Part shown: one piece after another, positions 24,812-36,554 of the stretch | Position numbering within the stretch: the first letter of the stretch is position 1 | How the letters are laid out: each line of letters begins with the position of its first letter | Source of the DNA: Podospora anserina | Lineage: Eukaryota | NCBI GenBank assembly: GCA_017654855.1 | Contig: CM030334.1 | Location: forward strand, 1,426,001-1,490,000 | Length of the DNA stretch: 64,000 bases | Direction: 5' to 3' | Position numbers and translations under genes: made by a program | The notes under the pieces: generated by a model | The model's input: the letters and a program-made list of their open reading frames with translations, nothing else | Databases searched by the model: none | Told to the model about the DNA's origin: nothing

Positions 24812-26548
24812 CTAATGATGCCCAACCCCCTCACTCGACCCATGATGAGGATTAGGATAATACAACGCCGCAACAGCAATCCCAACATAAACAATCACAC
24901 ACAACGCCCCCTCCAAATAATTACTCTTTTGATCCCTCAAAAAGTTCCCCACCGTCAAGATCGCCAACAACAGCACCGCAAGGTCAAAAACCTCAAAGTT
25001 CAACCCCATCGGCTTCCCCAACCCCCACCCCACAATCACCACCAGCGGCGCATTAAACATGACCGTCTGCAGCGTCGCTCCCAGCACATGCGAAAGTGCA
25101 AAGTTCATCTGGTTGTCGTACGCCTCGTCCACCGCCGTCAGGTGCTCCGCCGCCTTTTCCACAAGCGGCACAAGAATCAACCCGACAAACGCGTCTGAAA
25201 CGTGCCGCTCAGTGACAAGATTGTGTATCTGATCCACCAGCGTGATGGCAATAACGGTCACGAGCGCGATGGATACCGCCAGGGCGAGACAGCACTCTGT
25301 CAAGGTGAGCCGGTTGGAGTGGTGCGAGTACTTTGGGTTGTGTCTATCCTCATCCCTCGCCTCGTCGGCAACAAAGATGGCGTCGTAGATGCCGTGGTGG
25401 GTGTGGGCTTGGAAAAAGACATAGATCAAGTAGGCAATCAACAGCAAGACAGCCATCGATCGCGAGATTTCGATCGTTTTGCTGATGAGCTCCTCTTCGG
25501 GGAGTTTGCCGCTGTTGATCAGACTGTGATGAAAAACCGTCGGGATGGCCAGGCCGAAACCACTATTGTTAAATGTTAGCCCCTGTCTACCATCAACAGT
25601 GAAGAAAAAAAATAAAAATAAAAAAAGGGGGGGGGGGACATACGCAGTAAGCAATAACCCAGACCCAGCCTCACTAACAGCCTCACTAAACCCAGTCTCC
25701 TCCCTCCTCAACCCCCCGGCAAAAAAACACAACCCCAAACACAACAACATCGTCGCCAGCACACTCCCCAATATCGCTGCCTTGATCACCTGCACGTAAT
25801 CGATCCCCCCCTCCTTCTGCTCCCTCGTGATCAAGACGATAAACATGATAATCTCCACCAAGCTCCCGAGCGTCGTCTCCACTAACACCCCCCAGACATG
25901 GGCGAACTTCCGTGACAGTTCCTGCCCGGCAAAACCGATGAGGTTCGCGCAGGGGACCATGGCTAGGTAAGCGAGGATGAAGATGACTAGGTTTGCTGTT
26001 GGGGAGGGGGTGAGGGCATAGCGGACTGCGATGGCGACGGGGACGACGGGCCAGAGGAAGTTGACCATGCGGGAGGCCCGGGAGGAGGACTGGTAGACTA
26101 TGCGGAGGAAGTGAAAAGGGTGAATTCCTGAGCGGTGGGACTCGCCCGTGTGACGGATTTGGAGGGAGCGTTTTACTGCCTGGGCGGCGGTGCGGGTGCG
26201 GGAGAGTTTGAGACCTAGGTTGTTGTTGTTGTTGTGGAGGGGGAGGGCGCCATTGTCTGGGAGGACCTCGCCTTGGGCGGTTGCGGTGCGGGAGGAGGGT
26301 TGTCTTGAGGTCGAGGTGGAAAGGGTTGGTTTTTCCTGGGTGATGGTGTGGGAGGGGGAGGGTTTCATGTCGTTGTTGGGGTTGGTGATCTCTTGAGGGG
26401 GAGGTGGTTGATGAGGTGGGTGTTGCTGCCCTGGTTGGGAGGAGGCGGAGAGATACTGCTCTAGCAGCAGCGAGGTGACTTGTGTAGGTGCCAGCTCGGG
26501 GGTGTCGCTTCCTGGTGGTCCCCGTGGTGGTGGGGAAGGTGCCGACAT
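24812..26548 (-). CDS. Ca2+/H+ exchanger (CAX/Vcx1 family)
   Basis: Multiple TMs; alpha-repeat-like LGSLVE and VEKAAEH; SNYLEG; 81-nt intron 25563-25643. Confidence 0.88.
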   Translation of the reverse strand: MSAPSPPPRGPPGSDTPELAPTQVTSLLLEQYLSASSQPGQQHPPHQPPPPQEITNPNNDMKPSPSHTITQEKPTLSTSTSRQPSSRTATAQGEVLPDNGALPLHNNNNNLGLKLSRTRTAAQAVKRSLQIRHTGESHRSGIHPFHFLRIVYQSSSRASRMVNFLWPVVPVAIAVRYALTPSPTANLVIFILAYLAMVPCANLIGFAGQELSRKFAHVWGVLVETTLGSLVEIIMFIVLITREQKEGGIDYVQVIKAAILGSVLATMLLCLGLCFFAGGLRREETGFSEAVSEAGSGLLLTAYVPPPLFLFLFFFFTVDGRQGLTFNNSGFGLAIPTVFHHSLINSGKLPEEELISKTIEISRSMAVLLLIAYLIYVFFQAHTHHGIYDAIFVADEARDEDRHNPKYSHHSNRLTLTECCLALAVSIALVTVIAITLVDQIHNLVTERHVSDAFVGLILVPLVEKAAEHLTAVDEAYDNQMNFALSHVLGATLQTVMFNAPLVVIVGWGLGKPMGLNFEVFDLAVLLLAILTVGNFLRDQKSNYLEGALCVIVYVGIAVAALYYPNPHHGSSEGVGHH

Positions 26549-28534
26549 GGTTGACCTGCTGGGCTGGGTCTTGGTGACCTTCTAGAAGAGAAGCTTTACC
26601 CCAGATTTCGGGGCGATCAACGTTGCGATCTGGGTCTAGCCTAGATCTGACCAGTTGTATCCAAGTGACAGTAGTAGCACAGATAAAATAGAAGAAATGT
26701 AGAAATCCAAAAAGAAGCGGACAATCTGATTGTGAAATAAAAGTGACTGAAGAATAATTCAGGGGCAACAAAAAGTTGAAACCACAACGGGGGACGGCCC
26801 GCTACTTAGTTGCGTCGGGTCTCTCTCTCGTCCCGTTCGTCTCTCGTGCTTGGTGGTGGTAGTTACGGAGTCTTAATTACACGGCAGGCAGGTACGAATG
26901 CAACCAAGAACTCCGAGTCTTGGGGAACAATGGCCAAGCCGGCTTGGTGTTGGTACTTTTTTTCTGGAGAACCCAAAAAAAAAAAAAAAAAAGAGAGGCC
27001 CAAAAAAGAAGCCTTCAGCGAATGGGCGGCACAGAGCTTCATCAATACCCAATCTATGTCTTAGCTTCATGTTTCAGGAGTTCAAAAACGGGCATATCAG
27101 TCGGTGGTTGGCCGCCCGTTCTAGGCCAGCTGGAGACTCCCAAGACTTGTTTGTTTTGCACAACCCTGATATCACCGCTCATGTCGTGCCCTGTGCCCGC
27201 TTTCTTGTGCCGTGATGGCTGTGCTGTTGTGCCCCGCGTCTGTGGTTCATTGCCTCGCCGTAATCGAAGACATTCGGCGGTTCGAGACCGGCAAGTTGTG
27301 TCGTGTCTCTGTCCTCGGCTGCTCTGTTAACATCTGCCACGTTGAATTAAGCTCTCCCCCTAACAGCGGGACGTCCCTCAAACTGTCAGGATAATCAGGG
27401 GTCATCCCATCCATCCCTTTGAAGTTGGGGCAATGTGCCAATAGCTGGGCAAACAAGTAGCTCTCGAGTGCTGTCTCTGTTTGCACCGCACGTTTTGAGA
27501 TGATTCGCTCTCGGGCAAAGGGACACCTTTTTATATCTCCTCAGAGGAAATTCATAAATCAATGCTGGATAACATCCAAAATTATACATCCACCTCTGAA
27601 ACCACCCCGAAATTCGCCCCCACCACCACCAACAGCGGCCCCACCCCGTGCACAGACCTTTCACACTCGCTCCCCGATTTGCAAGGGTGCACAGGCCACT
27701 TTGAAATGGGTATTTAATCTCGGCCACCCAGCCAGTTTTTGTATATTTTTTTTCTCTCTTTTCTTTCCTCGCCCTTCGGGGCATTTGGTCAATTTGAAAC
27801 GATACAGAGAAGATTAGCATGGCCCCTGCACTAAGGATGACACGCTACTCAAAGAGACGCTACCAATTTTTTCACTGTAATCGCTGCCTTCAAGGTGTGA
27901 TATGGAGAAGAGATCTTATTTTCGGAGACGCGCTTGATGCTTATGGTGGTGTTTGTCTGGTTGATGTCACTGCATTTCGTGTTGATTTACAGGAGTCCAG
28001 GCCCTTGCATCATCATTTGGTACAATGTGTCGATAGAGTTGAAGCCGTGTAGTTGTGAGACATACTCGTCTCCCGGGTCACTGCGACTCGCACGACATCA
28101 CAACTTTGCCACTCTCGTTGTCGAAGCAATCGGGACAATTACTCTCTGAGACCGGTTGCTTATCTTCTCTGCTCGTAAAGAGAACACCAGAACACCAATA
28201 GAACAAATAATTAATCAGAGTTCTCTATTTATTTTGGTTCCCTATTTTGACCCAGACTAAAAAGGAAAAAAATAGTCGCATAGAACAGCAACTAAAAACA
28301 CCGAAAAAAAGAAAAAAAAAAGCAAACACCAAAGCCGGCTAGCCATCTATAGCCAGATGCATGACCAAATCCTCTCAATCAGATGTCCTCCTCTTCCTTG
28401 ATCTTGACGTCAATGCACTCCTCAATCCGCTCCTCGACACCCACCGCAGTCGCAACGACGATGCTTCCACCGTCCTCCTTCTTGATGTCCACAGAGGTCA
28501 CCTCCTGCTTGTTATCCTCGGAAACCTCCACCTT

Positions 28535-31345
28535 CTAAGCAGTAGCCTCCTTGACCTCCTCCTTCACCTCCTCAGCAGCAGGCGCATCGGGGACCTCAAC
28601 GTCCTCCGCCTTCACCTCCTCCCCCTCCTCCCCCTCCTGCTTGACCTCCTCAGCATCCTTCATCTCCTCATCCACCACCCCCCCCTTCTTCTCCTTGAGG
28701 TCCTCCTCCGGCAGCTGCTTCTTAATCCCCATATTAATAATAGGCGTGGTATCATTATAAATCCGCAACAGCATCGCGCTCCTGTCCTCCTTGGGCAGCA
28801 TCAGGTTCAGGCTGTGGAAGCTCTTCCACAACGGCAGAGCCATGTGCTCGTTAAAGTCCTCGTCTGTTGGGTCTTCCGGCTCGACTCTGAGAACGCAGCA
28901 GCCCAGACCGATATCCCGGACCCTCTCGCCAATCTCCTCCAGCTTCTTGTACTCGTCCCCGGCAATCTTGGGGAACATCTCGATCAAGAGCTTCTTGAGC
29001 GTCTCCTTCTTCTTGAGAACGACCACTCTCTCCTCGCCGATGTAGCCGTGAAGAATGGGCATGCCCTCCGACTGAATACGCCATCTGCAGACCTCGGCCG
29101 AGGGGGCATCCTGCTTGACAAACATCTTCACACCACCGTGCACAAACTTGACCTGGCGGCCTTCGTTCAGAGACAAAATGTCACGGACAAGGGCAGAGGT
29201 GTAGTAGATGGCCTTGGCGGGCTCGCCCATGGCGTTGCGCACCATGTACCGATCGGTGGGGAAGCGATCTGAGATCTTGTAAAACTTGGTGACGTCCTTG
29301 ATGACCTCGTGATCGGGAGAGAGGTACTTGAACGGCTCCTCGTATGGGCCCATGCCTTGTCTGACCTTGCGATCGGGCACCGCCTCAGTAGTAGTGGCAG
29401 GAGTGGCAACAGCGGGGGTGGTCGACTCGGAAGGCTGCTCCTCAGCCTTGACTTCGTCCTCGGGGGCTTCTTCAGTCTTGGTGACCTCAGGCTCGGCCTC
29501 CTTGAGCTCTTCAGCCGCGACGACCTCAGCAGCGACTTCAGGGACGGGTTCCGGAACAGGAGCAGGGAGCTCCTCGACTGGGGTAATCTCATCCTGGACG
29601 GTCTCCTCTTCAACCTTGAGCTTCTTGACGCTGGAGTCATCCTTCTCCTCGTCCTCCTCCTCCAGGGGCCTCTTGGTAGCGCCGCTGGACTGGCCATTAG
29701 TCCTGGCCACAGGAGGCTGCTTTCTATTCTCCTCGGGCTTGGCCTTGAACTCGGCCTTCTTGTGGAGAGCAGTGATGAAGAAGCCACCGGTATCCTGCTG
29801 GTGGGGATAGACACGCATGCAGCGGTCGAGAGGGAGGTCAGCACAGTCGCTGCCCTCGGCAGGGGGGAACATGGACTCGACGAGACGGCTGGGAGTGATA
29901 CCATCCTCGGTGGACTTGGTGTACTCCTCGACCTCCTGCCATGTGTTCCACAAGCGCTCAGACTTGTCCATGATCTGCCACTTCCTCATGCCGGGCTTGC
30001 GCTGGAGACCAGGAAGCTCATTGCTGCAGTCGAGGATTTCAATCTTGTCGGGACCGCCGCATCTCTCAATGGCAGCGGCAACAACGGACTCGTTCTCGAC
30101 GGGGTTCATGGAGCAGGTCGAGTAGACGACCCGACCGCCTGGCTTGAGCATCTGCAGGGCACGGACGAGAATGCGGACCTGGGTAAGATGGAGACCCAAA
30201 GCGCTGCCGGGGGTCCAGTCCTTCCAGAGGTTGACATTCTTGCGAAGGGTGCCGTCACCGGAGCAGGGGACATCGGCAAGAATGCGGTCAAACTTGAGGT
30301 AGTTGGGCTTTGTTGGGTTCTCGGGGTTGGGAATTCTGAGGGCAGGATACATGGTGGCGTCGTGGTTGGTGACGATCATGTTGGGCGATGAGAGACGTTT
30401 AAGCTGGTGGATAAGCATGTGGCTGCGCTTGTAATCGGCATCGTTCGCGATGAGCATGCCGGTGGCTCTGCCGTCGTCGCTGGGGTCGGCCTCGAGTCTG
30501 GCGGCCTCGTCCTCCTGCTTGTCCTCGGACTTGACGGCACCGTTGGCGTCGCCAGAAAAGCCGCTGATGACCTGGCGGATACGGGACTCCTCGCCGCGGT
30601 GAATCATCTCGAGAAGCTGAGCAGCCTTGCTACCGGGAGCAGCGCAAAGATCGAGCACAGTCATGCCGGGCTTGAGGTCCATGAGCAGAGGGGGGATCAT
30701 GGAGACAACCTCCTGTCTGCTAATGTTGCCGACACTGGTCTCGGACACCAAGAAGCGCTGGAACTTGGCGAAGGGAGGGAATTTGCGAACGACGTTCTTG
30801 GGGGTGGTCATCATCCAGGCAAGGTCGTCGGGGTACCAAGGCACAACCTTGGGGGCTTCGACAATGACACCATCGTGGGTGATGCTTGTGATCTCGGGGA
30901 TGTATCTCGTCTGAAGGAGGCGCTTGACGGCAAGGGCGTGTCTATTGTTTTCATGTTAGTGTCAAAGCAACAGTTGAGCTTCAAAAGAACGTCGGCTGTG
31001 TATGTACCCTTTGGAGCCAGCGAAGCGGAAACTGTTTGGAAGCTCCCTCCGGTAAGCGGCCCAGAAGGCAGTCTGCTCGTCCTCGGGCAGGTCCTTCAAG
31101 AGGGTGTTGTAGTAGGTCTCGAGCTTCTTGTTCTCCTTAACGACCTCGGGGTATGTCTGGTAGGGACGGTGACCATCGCGGCCTCCTCCACGGCTACCAC
31201 CGCGACCTCCGCGACCACCACGGCCGCCGCCTCGTTTGCCCTTGTAAATATTAGCATACTTGGACAGGAAAGATGATGGAGAGGTGGTGAAAAGGAGGGC
31301 CGACGTCTGGAAGAAGGGAGCGCATACCCTGTTTCCGCGACCCAT
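28535..31345 (-). CDS. NCL1: tRNA (cytosine-5)-methyltransferase Ncl1/Trm4 (NSUN2)
   Basis: ATG 31345 with two 5' introns; RQEVVSMIPP, LDLCAAPGSK, FDRILADVPCSGDGT, VYSTCSMNPVENE, DTGGFF. Confidence 0.95.
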
Positions 31346-31992
31346 AGTCAGTATCTGTCGCAATTGGGGGAGCGTTTGGTTGTCTGGATAGTTGCAATGC
31401 GCTCCAATCGCATCAATTCAACTGTTTCCAGTGCACGAAGAAAAAAAAATATGCGGCCGCGCGACTGTCTGAAAGCTTCAATGTGGGGGCGGGGACAATC
31501 TAATCTTTTTGGTGGAGTCGCCAGCCAAGGCTCGGTGCCAAGATATCGAAGATCGATCCGAGGATTCCCCATTCAGGGGGCCAGAGTAACGACTTCAAGA
31601 TGCAATTTGCTTTGACATTCTCATTTTCTTATATTCTCTGTATATTTGATTTTACACTATTATACATGGCGTTCCAGTCCATAGCTAGTTTGGGACAGAA
31701 CAAAGCTAGCTCAGCCACAGCTATCTCGGAATTTACCAAGAAATACAAGCTCGATATTGACTTCGAGACAGAGCCTCGGCCGAACACGGAGATCGATCAC
31801 GTCTCCTCTCCTCCCCGTCATACTTGTTCACCTACCCAGAACAACCAGGTCCCTGCTTGTATGGCCATGTGTGAGGGCTGGTCTCTGCTGTGCTGCCATA
31901 ACCCCAGCCGATTGGTAATCGTGGTGCAGCATGATCCGACATGGGTAACCATAGATGTTCATAAGCTATGCGTCTCGAATACCTGGCTAAGT

Positions 31993-33687
31993 TCACCCAT
32001 CGAGCAAACCAACTGTCCAATGGATAACCCTGTCTACACCGTGGCCGTTGATGGCGCTGACGGGAATGGCAGCGCAGTCCTTGATCCACGCTCCCTCAAC
32101 ACCACTGGGGTGAGGCTCATCGCCGCGAGTGACAGCGGCAAGATAGTCTCTCAGTTCGGCAAAGTTTTCCTGCGCACCTGGCAGGTCGCCTTTGGTGGCC
32201 ACCACAAACCATGGCTTGCCTGCGATGTGAAGACCAGCGCCGGCAGTGGTTGTCTTGGCGACACCAGAACTTGTCCAGAAGTCGCTTTGCATAGTCTCTC
32301 CGGCCGACGCGCTCCAGTCAATGGCGGCCTCGCGCTCCCGTTGCTGTTCCTCTTCCTCCCTCATCTGTGCATATAAGCCAACCTCGAGCCACAAGGCCTT
32401 GAGTGCTTCGACTGCGTTGCCATTTCCAAGATCGATGACAAACGCAAGCACGCCAGCCCGCTCAACATGACGCAGGAAAGCAATTCCAAGTCCCCTGTCC
32501 AAGTGAGCTCCCTCAATTAACCCGGGAATATCGGCGATGGTGAACTTGGTTCGCTGTTGAAGTTCCGGTTCGGCAGGTTCGGCCCAAGGGTCGTCCGATA
32601 CGTCTTCTGCAGTTACTTTGAAACTTTTCACCACCGGTCGACCCTTGTTGTTATCGAGGACAACTGTGCCGATGTTTGGCTGAAGCGTCGTGAAAGCCCA
32701 GTTCCCCACGCGAGCGCGACTGTTGGTGACGGCGCGCAAGAGAGTGCTCTTTCCGGCGTTTGGCAATCCTACCAAGCCGACATCTGCCAATAACTTGAGT
32801 TCCATCTCGATTTCCATCGTCATGGCATTCTCACCCCGCGTCGCAAACATGGGCTTGCGCAGGTTCTTGGACACGAAATGTGGGTTCCCAAGTCCACCAA
32901 GGCCTCCTGCTGCCAAGAGAATGGGACGAGGTGTCGGTCGAGAGAGGTCCAGATAGACAGGTGCCTTTGGTTGTTTCAGAAGCCGATCGCGAATTGGCAG
33001 ATCAGGTAGCTCAACCCGTTTGCGTTCCGAAGATGACATGCCGGGATACAGAATCCATTTCTTCCTATCCGGGTCTTCAATCGGCTCTCCATCCTCATCC
33101 ATCTCCACTGCAACAGGCTCCCGCCTTCTTTTCCGGCGCTTCTTGGTCAAATATTCCTCCACAGCTTCTGGGTCGTCACGGGAGATCTCTCGAACGACGG
33201 TGCCGACTGGAACGCTGAGAATCACGTCCTCTCCACGCTGACCGCCTTTTGCGCTTCCCTGACCACTCTTGCCCCTCCCAGCGCGCGCAAATTTTCTCCG
33301 CGCCAACTTGTGTAGCGATGTTTCGCTGTGCACTGCTTGGATGTAGATACTCCCGCCGTGTCCTCCATCACCACCATTGGGAGGCCCGTCCGCCATATAT
33401 GCCTCGCGCAAGAATGAAATACAGCCATGTCCGCCGGGTCCAGCATGAAGAGTCAGTTTGGCCTTGTCGGCAAAGTTGGGCATCGAGTAGTCGTCGGGAG
33501 AGGGGTTCAGACGAGTCGTCGCATATTCAATGTCGTCCTGTGCTGGTGCTGAGGGGTCAGTGCTTGCGTGTCGCCTGCCATGGACGGCCAGGTTGAAGCG
33601 CGAGATGTGGCTTCCATTAGGCCCAAATATCGATGGGTAAAGAAAGGGAAGAAACACCCGCGGGCCTCGAGAGCCCCGACAGGCCAT
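31993..33687 (-). CDS. MTG2: Mitochondrial Obg-family GTPase
   Basis: Obg domain GPPNGGDGGHGG, GGLGN; G1 GLPNAGKS; FTTLQP; DIPGLI; FLRHVER; TKGD; VSA. Confidence 0.9.
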   Translation of the reverse strand: MACRGSRGPRVFLPFLYPSIFGPNGSHISRFNLAVHGRRHASTDPSAPAQDDIEYATTRLNPSPDDYSMPNFADKAKLTLHAGPGGHGCISFLREAYMADGPPNGGDGGHGGSIYIQAVHSETSLHKLARRKFARAGRGKSGQGSAKGGQRGEDVILSVPVGTVVREISRDDPEAVEEYLTKKRRKRRREPVAVEMDEDGEPIEDPDRKKWILYPGMSSSERKRVELPDLPIRDRLLKQPKAPVYLDLSRPTPRPILLAAGGLGGLGNPHFVSKNLRKPMFATRGENAMTMEIEMELKLLADVGLVGLPNAGKSTLLRAVTNSRARVGNWAFTTLQPNIGTVVLDNNKGRPVVKSFKVTAEDVSDDPWAEPAEPELQQRTKFTIADIPGLIEGAHLDRGLGIAFLRHVERAGVLAFVIDLGNGNAVEALKALWLEVGLYAQMREEEEQQREREAAIDWSASAGETMQSDFWTSSGVAKTTTAGAGLHIAGKPWFVVATKGDLPGAQENFAELRDYLAAVTRGDEPHPSGVEGAWIKDCAAIPVSAINGHGVDRVIHWTVGLLDG

Positions 33688-35649
33688 TGTGAGAGAAATG
33701 AGAGGCAAAAATGGTTGAAGATGTTGCTGCTGTTTGTCCCCTGTTCAGATAATTTTGAACAGGGGTCCTTGGGGGTGGGACCGATAAGATAGCGATGGAG
33801 TTACCCCATGGTGTGCTAGACAAGCAACCCCTGTCCGGCAGTGGCTGTTGTCACCCGCCACAGCACGTACCACCTGGGGCTTTTGAAGCCGAGCGTGGGA
33901 GCGGCTTTCTGCGTCCTTTTCGACTCCAACGGTCAAACGTCCAACGTCGATGTTGAATGTAAAGATATGAGATATATCCAATGCCTCACTTCTTTGGTCA
34001 ATTGCCTTCCCCATGACGTCTACTTATACTCTCTCGTCAAAGAGAGACGCGCTCAAGGCCCTTGTCCCCTCCCCGCGTCGTGTTCCAGTCTGTCATGCGG
34101 GTGCTCATCTTTGGCGTCACGCTGGGCTGGGCTTTCATTTGCTGGACCCGAGCCTGCATTGCTGCATCTGCGTCGACGGCTGGCCCTCCCCGTTGGCAGC
34201 ATCAAACATGCGGTCAGCATCCGAGACGTGGGTAGTATAGTGCCCCAGAAGTGTCGTTCGTTCGTTCTGCTCAGTTGAGCCATTCCCAGTCCCAAGGCAT
34301 TGAAGCGTTTTCCAGCCTCTCGTACCCCGTCTTTTGCCCGCCAATCCCGTCGTTGAGCCGCCATTGACCCCCCATGCAGCCGGGCGAGACAGGAGACACC
34401 ACCACCGAGCACCGTCTTCGCCGCCCGTTTGCTTTTTTTCTTATTAATATTGGATTTTATTTTTCTGTTTTGTGGCATCTCCCCAGATTGTCCCACAAGA
34501 CACACGAGTTCTTCCTGGACTTGAATCTTTCTTCAAGTCTCTACTGGCCACCTCAACAATACATAACAAATACCGCCGGATCACCCAGTGGTCATTCGGG
34601 AAGCGATCTCTCCATATTCCCTCGTCCCGGCTCCACCACCTCCGCTTCACCCCTCTCCTCATCCCCTCGTCCCCTCGTCCGCTCTCTCGCCGTTGTACAT
34701 CTTGTCACCCCCTCTTTTGCCCCCAGCAGCGTTTTCTGCTGCTACCACTCGAGCCACTCTGCTTCTCTTACTATACTCCGTCTCGGTATCGTGATTAACA
34801 AACGGGAACAAGTCAGCCACGCTACTCTGTGCTGGTCCCGCTTCTTTGCGATCATCGCGTGTCGGGATTGGGCTGAACAGGCATTGGGCATCTGCAAGAG
34901 CTGCAGACGACTTGCTGCCATACGCCCGCATTCGAGCCACGACACAGATTCCAGACTAAACGTGGTTAAGCCCGCCTTGGTTTGTGTGTGAGCGAGCCAG
35001 CGATCCAGCCCTCGCCCAACTCCATCTTCTCCTCCTGCTGCAACCTCGGCCACAATCCACCAAAGAGAGCCTCTCCTCTCTGCCTCCCCTTCCTCCAAAC
35101 ACGAACGACGTGGTTCTGTCCGTCACTGAGCACCCAGGAAAGGTCCCCCAGAATGTGAGTTCTCCTCCGTACAGTCCAGTCCGTACACGCCGTCCAGTCC
35201 AGCTCAGCTCACACGCAGATACCCAGACGCTCACGACGCACCATCTATCTGCTTGCTGCAGCTTGAGCATTCGTGGACTGCTTGTTGCTTGCTGCTTGCA
35301 GTCAGTCTATTCCCATCGCCGCCCGCCCCGAGTGTGTGTGAGCGTCCTCCTCTCTCCAGGTCAGTTGTTGTTCACCCAGTCTCTCGTCCATTCACGCCCT
35401 CTTTGTCCCCCGGTCCCCCTCTCCCAACCTGAGCCTCATCGCTGCCCGTCAGGTGCTGCGTGTTCCTTATCTTCTGGACTGGAAACATCTCCCCGCCCGG
35501 CTGATCTTCTCTCCCATCTTCTCCATATCATCTCTTGTTATTCTGGGCAGGACCCCAGAGCACAGCTGTTTCATGACCATAGATCATGAGACTGTGTACT
35601 TTTGTGTATCATCACCTTGACTTGAAAGCCTCAGACGGGCACCTTCCCC

Positions 35650-36554
35650 ATGAACCACCAACCACCACCACACCGAGACATTTCCAACGGTCAAGCACTA
35701 AACATGTATTCCAGAGACTACAATTACAACAACAACAACAACACCTCCCCCAACACCAAATCCTCCCGCAAAGGGGTGATCAGGATGGATCCCGATTGTG
35801 CCATTTGCCACGCCCCGGCTTCTCACGCCTGCGAGTGTGAAGCCAAGGGTCTGGAGGTGGCGGTCCGGCAAGCCGAGGCCCGTATGATGCAGTCTATCTA
35901 CAATGACATCAGGTCAGTATCCCCTATCTTATCACTATCAAAGGTCTTCATAGACATACTAACACTCATGGTAGATCATGGGTTCGCGCACACGCACAGG
36001 ACTATATCCTCGAGTACTTCCGACTGTTGACAGAGCGACGCAAGGCGACACATGCCCAACACTTGGAACGCATCACTGCTCATGCCTACCACTACTACCA
36101 CGCTCCACCGCATCCCAATGAGATCGCGGCCGCGCAACAGGCGCTCAAGAGGGGTATCGATGAGGACTGGCAAGCATCGGTTCAACGCTATCCCGAGGTA
36201 CTCGAGTACTTCTACAGCTTGGTTGAACTGACCCTTCCCGACGATAACGAGCCTGCTGTCAAGGACCCGCCCCTCAGCGCCCTCCAAGGGTCTCGCAAAG
36301 CAGCTCGACGAAACACTGGACCAGGGACTGCTGTGAGCGGCCCTAGCCTCGCAGCCCCCCCTCCTCATCTCCATGAGAGAGAGCCTCTGCCACTTCCTCG
36401 AGGCCGGACCCCGCCACCACTTGAGCCCTTGCGCGAGAGAAGAACGCCTGCGCCACCAGGAGGAGGAAGAAGGCAGTCTTACAGAGGCCCTCCACCCGGA
36501 CCCCCACCCCCGCCCGCTTCTGCTTACTTCCCACCGCAGTATGGGCCAATGTAA
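35650..36554 (+). CDS. Conserved fungal hypothetical protein (Cys-rich N-terminal motif, Pro-rich C-terminus)
   Basis: MDPDCAICHAPASHACECE; intron ~35913-35975 joins to WVRAHAQDYILEYF..QRYPEVLEYFYSLV. Confidence 0.8.

Noticed and set aside
25563-25643. Stop-free introns of 3n length (CAX 81 nt; also 6757-6813, 55844-55912, 61268-61324)
   Set aside because: Four among roughly 25-30 short introns is not clearly above chance, and there is no evidence of regulated retention
28361-31276. Long + strand ORFs (303, 360 and 289 aa) opposite NCL1, and similar ones opposite HRQ1, CAX and the Rrn11-like gene
   Set aside because: Antisense shadows of codon-biased genes with no recognisable motifs
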